Assembly (NCBI GenBank): GCA_051362555.1
Contig: CM120649.1
Location: forward strand, 16,816,567-16,880,566
Length of the DNA stretch: 64,000 nucleotides
Source of the DNA: Lingula anatina
Lineage: Eukaryota > Animalia > Brachiopoda
Reading direction: 5' to 3'
Part shown: positions 13,335-23,500 of the stretch, piece after piece
How positions within the stretch are numbered: position 1 is the stretch's first letter
Layout of the letters: each line of letters opens with the position of its first letter
Made by a program: the position numbers and the translations under genes
Notes under the pieces: generated by a model
Told to the model about the DNA's origin: nothing
Seen by the model: the letters and a program-made list of their open reading frames with translations, nothing else
Database searches by the model: none

Positions 13335-15411
13335 GCAAATTTGTAAGCCTATAACACCGTGCTATAAAGATCTACTCAAGAAAAAAATTTGCTTGGGTAA
13401 AATTGAGTACGGAATGAACTGGAGACACTTGGCTTGTCATTAAGTTTACACGAAAATATGTCAGGTAATTTTATACTGTCTTTGAAAGAGTAAAGATTGA
13501 AAGATAATTTTAGACAAACTTTGACGGGGGGAATACCTACAAAGAGTAATGGGCTATTTCGCCAACATCTTGTTGAAAATTTTACACTGCAATTCTATTC
13601 AAATAAGCTAAGGAACTAATTGCCAAATTAATACTCTCATCACATAACAGGGGGGTAACCAGACCTGCAAAAATTGTACGCACGTATTTAAAAAGATTAC
13701 AAGCACATACAGCAAAATGTAGACTTACGCAAAACATGAAGGACAGCGTAATCACAGCAAATGTACCTCATATAGTAGCTTAATTTCCATTAATAATAAA
13801 ATCATCATTTAAGTCAAAAATATTCTTGCGATTTCATAACTATTTTAATTTACCCAGAACGGTATATTTATTTTAAAGGCGGTTAACTGAAATATAGTTT
13901 TATGATTTGTTTGTGAAAATTGCCCATGTCACCCTGTTAGTTTGGAGGTCTAAGCTGGATCAAGTCCGTGTTAAAATTCCTATGAAGTTGTGCAGGAAAA
14001 ATTCTTCCTTTCTTTCTCTAGCTCCTCGATAAACCTGGTGTTCAGATTTTATCTAGTACCCCCAGGTCTACGGGAGCTGCGCTTTGTAAGTAACGCACAG
14101 GTAGATTTTTACCTGAGATAACTGGAGTAAAGCTTAGATAGAGAGTGCGTTCGATACAAGCAAGACAAACTGAATGCCATTTAACCCTCTAATTAAGAGG
14201 TAAAGGAAGTTCCAGTTAGATGGATGATTAAGATAGGACTTGTAAAGGTAACGGGCATTGTTTACCTCAGTTTAATAAAAGTATGCAAGACGGAGTGTCA
14301 GCGGTTTAATAAAATAAATTGAATTTCACAAATAACATGGACCTCATATGCAATAATCAACATTTCCCTTAACTCATTCAAATGAAGTGTTTTATACAAC
14401 TTGGGATAACCATAATGAAATGCTTGTTAAAGAAATGACTAGACGGGAAATGGTTTTACACAGCTTCACGAGGATTTAGACCCCTCGGGTAAGAGATTTG
14501 AATGAGTAAAAACTTTTATCAGAAGCCAGAGAAGTCATCTTACAGGTAGACAATGCAGCTCAGTTTGACAGCTAAGCACGCTCTGTTCTCCAGTGGCTCG
14601 ATTGTCGTCATTGGACCACGTGACCACGTAGCTCATTAACTCCCAGGCCGAGCAAATAGGACGTTTTTTAAAGCCAAAAATTTACAAAATGAGCTTTTAA
14701 TTTGTGTATTTGGATAAAGATATCGTTAGTTGGGCATGTTTTCTGAAGAATATGTTCCGTTCAGGCCATTCTGACGGCATGAAGCAAACCCTTTAACGTC
14801 TACCTTCGACCATATATTGACAAATGAGATACAGTGTCGGGATAAATACCCTAGTCGTATTTGTTTTCCTATTCTGCGTGAGACAATGTCTCAGACAATA
14901 CCAGAGACACAATGAAATCACAGCCGGGTTAAAGCTGATAAAATCTCTCTCTCCCACTCTAAGCGCCCCCCCCCTCACTCAGATATCTATAGTATATAAA
15001 ATATTCGGTATTTTCAAAGAAAGTTAACGTTCCCATTGGGTACATACAAGTGCAATTTTTGCTCTATTAGTAAATGTGCGAGAGGACTTTTTGTCTTTTT
15101 TAACATTACAAAAATTAAGTAAATCTTAACAACAGTGATATGTTAGCATTGTTTTATCTTATATGGAAAGCCCATGGATTGTTCGTCTGCATTGTCATAT
15201 ATAGAAGTTTACACTTGCATAAGTAGGTTGATACCCATCAGTGCAACATGTGTGACGAAAAGTCATTAAAAGGAGACTTAACCCAGTTTGTTGAACATAC
15301 GTTCGTAAAAAGTAAAACTTTTTATAATGTTATTCTTAAAGGATCGGCTATCCCTCCCTCACTTAAAGTATCCGTTATCCGAACAAAAGGGGCAAGTTAT
15401 TGAGGGCAGGG

Positions 15412-15467
<56 letters not shown>

Positions 15468-15693
15468 GGGGGGAGAGAGAGAGGAGGAGAGAGGGAGGGA
15501 GGGAGGGAGAGAGAGAGGGAGGGAGGGAGAGACGGGGAGGGGTGGGTATGGCACACTCATTAATTCAAAATGTGGTTTTAAACGTACCTTCACTAGAACT
15601 TTGATAATCCCAGGTCGTTGTTTGGCCCGTTATGTTAACAGATAGTCCCGCCAGGACAAGCAGGAAGAGGACGCAGACCTTCATCTTCGCCAT
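306..15693 (-). CDS. Gene A (3'-partial): mucin-repeat + NIDO-AMOP-VWD-EGF protein, MUC4/SUSD2/Mesh-like
   Basis: Coding exons 15588-15693, 8344-10838, 7923-8087, 7575-7686, 6983-7131, 6100-6187, 5350-5523, 4878-5049, 4347-4527, 3944-4064, 3436-3570, 3055-3314, 2523-2691, 1890-2144, 1358-1587, 927-1039, 306-505. All are GT-AG and phase-compatible (about 1708 aa in the window). Motifs: NIDO ([23 protein letters not shown]), AMOP ([17 protein letters not shown]), VWD ([25 protein letters not shown]), EGFs. Presumed to continue past position 1. Confidence 0.88.
6493..6638 (-). mobile_element. Third, inverted and diverged copy of the same MITE family
   Basis: caatctcgtagccagg ... ttgctggcttcgggcctg is the reverse complement of the family ends. 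Confidence 0.55.
7251..7347. mobile_element. ~97-bp palindromic miniature element
   Basis: CAGCAAACACAGAACGT ... ACGTTCTGTGTTTGCTG terminal inverted repeat plus an inner inverted ccataacgttta / taaacgttatgg. Confidence 0.65.
7841..7914. repeat. Compound (CAA)n(TAA)n microsatellite just inside an intron of gene A
   Basis: Directly visible; a degenerate (TAT)/(TGT) tract sits at the paralogous position in gene B (about 34485-34575). Confidence 0.95.
8344..10838 (-). CDS. Gene A giant exon (2495 bp): Ser/Ala-rich mucin-like repeat domain fused to the pre-NIDO segment (RLYPFG...FPFFNGRHY)
   Basis: Lies within ORF 8335-10992; acceptor catttcag|CTG, donor CAT|GTAAGT. Its 3' end is homologous to gene B exon 35434-35630. 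Confidence 0.88.
8798..10190 (-). repeat. Coding tandem repeat, 22 x 63 bp (21 aa: SSSM[A/T]AQSSSA[T/I]Y[P/S]A[S/A]SSFIP)
   Basis: Directly visible 63-bp period (plus-strand ATG at 8807 and at 10130 = 21 x 63). Followed at higher coordinates by 42-bp (14-aa) units and a second 63-bp family ([10 protein letters not shown]...) up to about 10780. Confidence 0.97.
11207..11373 (+). mobile_element. Short MITE, CAGGCCCGTAGCC...GGCTAYRGRCCTG TIR family (possibly hAT-derived)
   Basis: Imperfect ~13-bp TIRs; internal sequence similar to copies at 18914-19088 and 6493-6638. No clear TSD. Confidence 0.65.
15414..15540. repeat. (GT)n(GA)n / purine-rich microsatellite
   Basis: Directly visible, about 50 bp into the first coding intron of gene A. 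Confidence 0.95.
15588..15693 (-). CDS. Gene A first coding exon: signal peptide [35 protein letters not shown]
   Basis: Acceptor ttttacag ends at 15716, then AAGATGG start context, basic n-region and hydrophobic h-region. Phase-1 donor G|GTACGT matches the phase-1 acceptor of the mucin exon at 10838. Too short for the ORF track. Confidence 0.75.
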
Positions 15694-17218
15694 CTTGGGG
15701 AAAATTGAGCTACCACTGTAAAAACCGTGTAATATCAAATTCCCTCCGACACCTTAGAGGTGTGAACAGTTCCAGTGCATTTTACTTGTCATGTGGAATT
15801 TGAAATTGATCTTTAAAACCGTCGTGAAATTCTCCCTCTTCTAGAAGTCCTCCATCTTGGAGCTCATAAACTTTCAACAACAGGTCTACCTTTTCGCAGA
15901 ATTTGCTTTTAAGATTTCATTTCTAAAAGTAGACCATAAGTCACCTGTCAATACAAACAAGTCCGTATCGTAACCACAGCAGTTTTACCTGGCTCAAAAC
16001 ACTAGTAAGAAAGGGAGCTGTTTTTATAGGAGAGGCCCCATTGAGGAGATTTGAAAGGCATACTTACGCTTCAGATTAAATCACACTGACATAGAATCAG
16101 ATTTCTTTGCTTTCTACTCAGGTGCGTCTTACTGGGAAGGAAACTATTGTTAACATTACGAGCCCCTTTGTGGTATAATCCAATGCAAAAGGCCCGAGGT
16201 AAGAATACACAACTCTAAGGGGAACTGTGATGAAATTGTCTCGACCTTACTGGGTCTAGTTTACTCGAATTTCAATATATATGAAATGTTTTCCCTTTTT
16301 TTAACGATCTCTAATCACTGATCGAATGATCTTGAATAGTCTGCCAATGTTGACTCACGGTCGGCAATAGGGAGTTAAGTGAAAAGCTAGGCTTGTCAAA
16401 CATTGCTGCCGGGACCTTGCCTTAATTAAGTGTTTATAAGCATTCATATAAATATGTTAACATATCAAATATGATCTTACATTTTAGCCCGAAGTAAATT
16501 GTGAGTGTAAGAAATAAAAACGCTCCTTTTTCTTTTTTCCTTTTATTTATCCATTCGTTTTAATTTATTCATTTATTCCTTTTTTAAGGGGAGCAAATAA
16601 TGTATTCCATCTGAAATTAAATGTGTTGAAAAAATAATACTATGTACTGTACACGTACTGTACACCGCACTTCGTCATCTTCAGCATGACATCAGGCTGA
16701 TTAATTTATTTTTTGATTATTTTTTTATTAATGATACTGTTATTAAGCAATGGCCATAATTTCTCTCCCATCTGCAAAAGATTGATAAAGAAAGAAAAGG
16801 AAAAGTAAGTTACAAATTAAGCACTCAGGGTGCTGGGTTTGCGACACGTTGGACATATAAAAATATGATCGCAAAGCACCCTTCTCATCTTCCTTATCAC
16901 CATTTATTGCCATAAGCAAATCATGACAATGCAAACTAGAAATGAAATTCTATCGGCAGTGTCAATAAACAAACGTATTTTTACTTCAAGCAAGTTAGAA
17001 ATATGCCTTTAGTTTCGATAAATGCATTGAATTATATGCAAATAAGACTGGGGAAATATTTATCAGGTAACATTAGAATGTAATATGAATTCAAAGAAAG
17101 AAAAGGGACATAACAACACGCGGAATGTGGATTCATGAGCGGCGTAACGACTTGAAAACTCAGATATGGGCCTGTAAGATATACTGAGAACTAACGCACA
17201 CATAGAATGACTCGAAGA

Positions 17219-17222
17219 AAGA

Positions 17223-17253
<31 letters not shown>

Positions 17254-17275
17254 TGAGAGAGGGAAAGAGAAAGAG
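17219..17275. repeat. (GA)n microsatellite
   Basis: Directly visible; a paralogous GA-rich tract lies at about 43665-43720. Confidence 0.9.
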
Positions 17276-18913
17276 TGTGGGCGTCTGTTTGAAAGACATT
17301 AATGGAGAGAGAGAGAGCAGATGTACTTTACAATATAGCAGTGGCACATAAAGCAAAGAAATAAGCCTCTACAACAAAATGGGCAATTTTATTGTATTTG
17401 GAATACATACATTTGTTTAATGAAATGCCTACTTTTTCTTGTTTGATATTTATAACTGCCATGGTCCACCCAATCCCGGACCCACCGTTTTCCATCCCAA
17501 CCCCGCCCTATACCTGCCCCTCCCTACACCGAACCCTCCCTGAATGAAAGACGAACATCCACAAGTAATAAGCGAAGTGCGTTTATTACAATCAGAAGAA
17601 TTGGGTAAAATGAGACACGCGGCGCGCGGTACAGCCAGTTTTCCCAAAAATGTCCAATACTATCCCGTATCATCATACATAAAAAACATAATCCTTTTTA
17701 CTTCACTGACCAATATGAGATGTGAAGACAGGTGGAGGGTTAAACAGGAACAAAGGTATCAAACTGCCTCAGATTGCCTCGTTCTTTTTCGTGAAGGCGC
17801 AATCTGGGAAAGTTTGATGCTGCTGCCGCACTGGAGCGTGTCTTGTCTTGGCTCCGTCCCAGACTTAAAGTGAAGTCTGACATTTTGTTTCGAAAAATGA
17901 TACAAGACTTTTGGTTAGAAATATTTATCATATTTCTTGTAGATATTGTTATGAACAATTATCCAGGACTTAAACTCTCAATTAACTTGTAAACAATAAA
18001 AAACGTCGCGATATCAAGAAAAATGATATGTAATATTTGAAATGTGAAATCCACTCTAAGTCTAAATGCGACTTTGGTTTGGGAAAGTCTTTCATAGGTC
18101 TCATCGTTCTCTCTGCCTTCTTCACCGTGTGCTGTACGTTGTCCTCCTTAAAGAAGTGCACTAGTCGACGATTGCGATAGAGACGTGATTTATTCATGCC
18201 GTCATTGTGGCAACATCAAGATGATCCTATTGTTTTATATTTCAGAGAGGTACACGTACTAGTACAGCCTGTGCCCAATAAATAAATAAATGAAGAATTG
18301 GAACTATCAGGAATGGATTTCATCACATTTTGTAAAGCAATATATTCACAATATCCCGTAAGCCGTTCAGTTTAATGAATAAATTTCACTCGAAATTAAG
18401 TGTTTCTTTTTCTACACTCGTGCAGAATATGATCATGCAAAATAACAGCTTATAAAATGGGGACAATACAAGTTCTTTTTATTCGTTTTACACTTTTCTG
18501 GGATTTTTTTTCATTAAATGGATTTTTGACATACATGTATAAGTTGAGTATATTGTAATTTCCTTTAAATGAGGACTTTCAGTATTAAAACAAGATCCAT
18601 GGACTCTCTGCACTGATGAAGCATGTCCACGGTAGGCCTATATTTAAGAACTTGGGACCCGTTATTTCGAGACAGAGAGTCCCCTGGACCTTCAATTTTT
18701 AAAACCAAGATCCAACGGACTTAAGAATGGAAGGAATCTGTGTTGTATTAACACCGGCCTCCACTTTTAGGAACACAGTGTATAAAGGGTATAAAATTAT
18801 AATAAATACATTTACAAATCACACAAAGATCATTCTTTAATTTTTACCAAATCATATTTTGCTTGAATAAAATATCTTAAAGTAATTCAAATGGCATATA
18901 GGATTAATATACT

Positions 18914-19088
18914 TAGGCCCGTAGCCAGCAAATTCAAAAGGGGGGGGGGGTTCTTTTTCTGAAAAAGTGGACCTTTTACAATGAAACTTATGTGTTACCC
19001 AATATTTTACCCAAAATGGACCTTTTCCTGATAAAGGGGCGGTTCTTTCGAACCCCTCGAACCCCCCCCCCCCCTGGCTACGGGATTG
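18914..19088 (+). mobile_element. Second copy of the CAGGCCCGTAGCC MITE family
   Basis: aggcccgtagcc...ttcaaaaggggg...tgaaaaagtggaccttt...gaacccctcgaacccc...ggctacggg. Confidence 0.65.
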
Positions 19089-19525
19089 ATACTGTACATA
19101 CAGTAGAATGTTTATGTCTGCTCCATTAATAAATGCGATTAAATTTATCTGTCACGTGCTTGAATTTAACCTGCACGGGGGCTTATTATCACAGTAAAAT
19201 AACAGTAAAATCGACATTAATTCAGTAATTCTTCTCTTTCCTCTATCCATTAATCTTCATCATCAAAATGAGCTTCTGCTGCTGCTAGAATTATAGCTAC
19301 CCCTACAGAGCCACAGTCTTCAAGTACATAGAATGTACGTGCCTTTAACAGTATATCTAACATTTATATTTGCAATCCATTCCATTGCTCTAAAAATCAT
19401 CAGCATGACCACGATCCCCGCTTAGTCCTAAAAACATTTACATTTTGTTAACTGAAAGTCATTTCGTTTGTGCCGTTTCCCCAAGCCTTACTTGGCTAAG
19501 ATGGCGGTTCACGGGCATTTTAAAA

Positions 19526-20579
19526 TTATTCTGTGACGCTCTCTGTCTCCCAACAGCTCCTGTGTTCTCCTGTATTGGGCTTCCGTATTTGCACTTTACT
19601 AACTGCAGGCGGAGTAAATTCATAAGATACACGTGGTGAACTGATCCATATTTCGTTATCTCGGCAGTCGTCGTAGTCTAGTTCTCTCCCATCGCCGTAG
19701 TCTGCAACATCATCAAAATACATACCATCGTAATCATCATTGTGGTAATCATCATCATCATCACTATCATCATCATCATCTTCATCTTCGTCGCCATTAT
19801 CTTCAATAGGATGAAATTTGTCGTTTTCGGCATCGTCCATGCTGTCTACGTCACTGTCGATCAACAAGGTATCAGATTGTGATAGCACTCTTACTCTCTG
19901 GACTGCGGGTACAGTGGCATCGCAAACCAAGGGGATCGGTGGGGATTCTTCCCCGTTTACGTCATTCTCGAACATGGTATTAGGATGGGACAGCCCTTTA
20001 ACTTTCTGGGCTGCAGGCGCAGTGGTACTGCTCAAGGTAGGGCTCGGTGGGGATGCTTCCCCGTTTACGTCATTTTCGAACATGGTATTGGGCTGGAACA
20101 GTCGTCTAACTTTCTGGGCTGCAAGGTCAGAAGAACTGCTCAGCGTAGGGCTCGGCGGGGATTCTTCCCCGTTGACGTCACTCTCGAACATGATATTAGA
20201 GTGTGACAGCAATCTTGTTGTATGGACCGCAGGGTGAGTAGAACTGCTAAGCGTAGGGCTCGGTGGGAGAGGGGGTACTTCGCCGTTTACGATACTCTCG
20301 GTCATTGTGACGTCAACAGTAAGGTGTGACAGTCGTCTAACTTGCTGTGTTCTGGGGATTTCAGAACTGCTCAGCGTAGGACTCGATGGAGGTACTTTCC
20401 CATTTGCGTCACTCTCGAACAAGGTATAAGGGTGTGATACTCGTGTAACCATCTGAGCTGTATCACTTCTAACCACGGGACTGGATGTGGATATTTTCCT
20501 ATAGGTGGCCTCAATTCCGTTATCTGTTTGTGGCTCAGGACTTGTGCCCACAGTCATATATTTTGATGCATTGTGCATC
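19526..20579 (-). CDS. Gene B terminal exon: cytoplasmic tail with about 6 copies of a ~35-aa repeat and an acidic poly-Asp tract
   Basis: 350-aa ORF; phase-2 acceptor ttccag|G follows the TM exon; homologous to gene C 45851-46911 plus 45085-45398. Confidence 0.85.
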
Positions 20580-23500
20580 CTGGAAAAATAAATAATGAGT
20601 AAGGTTGGGTAAATGTTTTCATAAGCAGGTGTTTTATGAGGCAGAATTTGGTGTTTAACTCATTATATCCTCTTCGTCAATTAAAACAAAGGGTGTTAAG
20701 TTTGTCACGTCCTATACTGGATGTTTGAATCATAAGGAAGAATCAGAATTTTATTAACCCAAAACAACCAAAGCTGGACACTTAAAGATAATTAAAATAG
20801 GATGCATAATTTATCTTTGATATATACATCTGCAAATGCCTTTGTTTTTAATTGATGAACATGATCACAAAGACTTTCGTTTTCCATTTTGAAAATCTTC
20901 AATTTAATTAAAGGACATACATGTAGAAATAAAAAGATACATTTAAACGTTAAAGTTTAGATAAAAACACCTGTGAATAAATATATTTCAGATATCCTAC
21001 ACTAGCTTCTTACATGCAACTGAATTCCCGTTATTGCTCGACATAACAGTATGAAAAGGGAACTTAATCAAGCAATTACCTGACACAAACAGCGGTAGTG
21101 ATAACAACAATAATGATAATCAGCAGCACGCTTCCACCAATAGCCACGCCCCATATCCAGTACGTTGACTCCGCGTTATATGCAATCAAGATATCAGATG
21201 GCGTCGTGGCGTTAACAGCTGGCGTAGTGGCGTTTGAGGCGTTCGTGGCGTTTGTGGCGTTGGAACCAGTAAAGGGCACCACCAAAAATTCAAGCTGTGT
21301 TATACTGACATTCCCTAGAAATAAAATGTTATTTGATGACCATGGACTTGCCTTACAAAGAAACATATATATTCTAAAATCCTGATAGCCGACTATTCAT
21401 ATCGACTATGCGATATTTGGCTATTTCATATACAAGTTTGGCCATCTGCCACCACTGAAAGTAAAAACCTCATTTTCGTGTGATATTTGTATACTCTGAT
21501 TTGCCCCATCACTGTACCTTCAGATGTGGCAAGGAATCAGAGTCTCGTTTGTTTTGCGGAATCGCCCCTCTATAAATAGTATTGCCGTGGATATATTTTC
21601 AAATTATTTAATGAAATATTTAAGGTATTTTTTTTAATTTCTTAATTGCTAATAATGGAAATGTATTTTGTAGTGTGTTAGACATTTTAATTGACAAGCA
21701 CTAGGGTATATCAGAAATCACAAGAACGAATCAATAAAACACACAAAAATCAGTTCATACTTTGGTGTACAAACGGAATACAAGGAAAACGAAAAAAACA
21801 GAAACACAATCCCGGGTATGCTGCGTAGAATAGCACACAATGGGAGGAAATGAGACCCGAAGCAAGACAAAACTGGAATGTAACGTTAATGGTAGTCTGA
21901 TTACATTAGTTACTGCGCCTACCGGTACTGTACTTGCGGTCAGGTATAAACCAGCTGTGGCTAGAGCTGGACTATTGCCGTATTGGTACCTTACCTAGGG
22001 CGATCTGAAGGTCTCTCTGTGCGTCATGCATGACGGCAACCAAATCTGCGGCAGGCAGTATGTCCCCAGTGTCTGTGAGCACGTAATAGGCCAGATCTAT
22101 GGAGGTGGGGTCATCGCTAGATGGTGCTGGGTAACCTGGCACACGCAGAACGAAGTTGTAGCTGAAGGTAAGGGTGGGCGTGGACCTCCTGGTAAACAAT
22201 AAGCGTCATACCTTCAAATGTTTGTTTTTACTTTTGGTACTCTTACCTGCGCTGAAAGACTGACTTAGAAGTATAACTACAATATATGGTTCTTTTCATT
22301 AGATTACGGGCGTTGCGTTGCCCTACGTATTCCACTGTTTTTAAAATACGCCATTTTTATAAATATACTCTATTGATTGATTAATATAATTAACCAATTC
22401 TTAATTAAAATTGAAGCTTTTGTATGTACTTCATACAGTCAGCATTCAACGATGCTTTAATTAAGCGCATTATACGTAAGTGCCCACCTTCGTCGCGTTG
22501 TCGCCGTTCCTGAGATTAAAGAACAGTTCCCGCCTGCGCAGTAGGTAGTTGCCGCGGAAGCTATCGTTGTAGTAACGGCCGTATCCACGGCAACCGTATA
22601 CTGTCAAATAGAATCAAAATTAATGCCAGCATTGGATGGATTGCAGTACTCTTCAAAACAAACAAAAAAAATGTACGAGTAATAGAATTCTACAATTATA
22701 ATGGACAATCGACCGACAACTTATCCGATTTTCAAAGTATAAAAACTACGTGCGTTGGCGCAATACATGTACTTAGTATACAGCAAAAACAAACACTTTA
22801 AAAATGCTAAATACCCTGGAAACCTTAACAATTTCCCCATAGTCATCGAGGTCTATACAAAACTGACGAGAGAATAAAAATCCATTTTGGACGACCTCCA
22901 CCAAAACGGCCACCTTCCTGTAAGGCTTCCTGATTCCCGCAAAGCCTAGCTCTCGTAGAGACACTTATGGATTAAGTATCAAAACTGAGCCCCGTATGTT
23001 ACTATCAGTTCTAAGATGTAGAGGCAGGGGGAATCTGGCGTGTGTGTAACTGAGAGATGTAGAGATGTAAGAAAAGAGAGAAAATATAAAGATATTGATG
23101 AGAGAGCACACGATAAACGAAGTTATTAGACAACGGTTTCATATACTTACGTCAGATATATCCATTTGGGCGGACATTCTAACAGCATTCTCTCTCTCGT
23201 CTGTGCTTGGAGTCCTGGTCTCATCGGCGGCCGGCATGACGTTATCGGCCAACTCTGAACAGATCAAATGAAAAAATAATTCCTGCTGTTTTCTGTATTT
23301 AATAATCAGAGAGGAAAAATTAACTGTAACTTCAAACTATTGCATGCTTTAAAATTATACATTTTTTGCTGATGGCACTTACGACAGTAGACTTGTTCAC
23401 CTTGGTATAAACATATTTGTCAAAAAGTATAATATCGAATGCTGGTAGCTATGGAACAATTACGACTAGCCAGTGCGTACTTGCGTTTACACTGGCCCCG

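Noticed and set aside
11723-13800. Other candidate first exons for gene A (about 11810-11870, 12466-12530, 13729-13771)
   Set aside because: No convincing signal peptide and/or no compatible phase; 15588-15693 fits much better.
15327-15645. ORFs with [12 protein letters not shown] runs, also YIYI ORFs at 51296 and 57018 and poly-Leu at 7839
   Set aside because: Translations of microsatellites.
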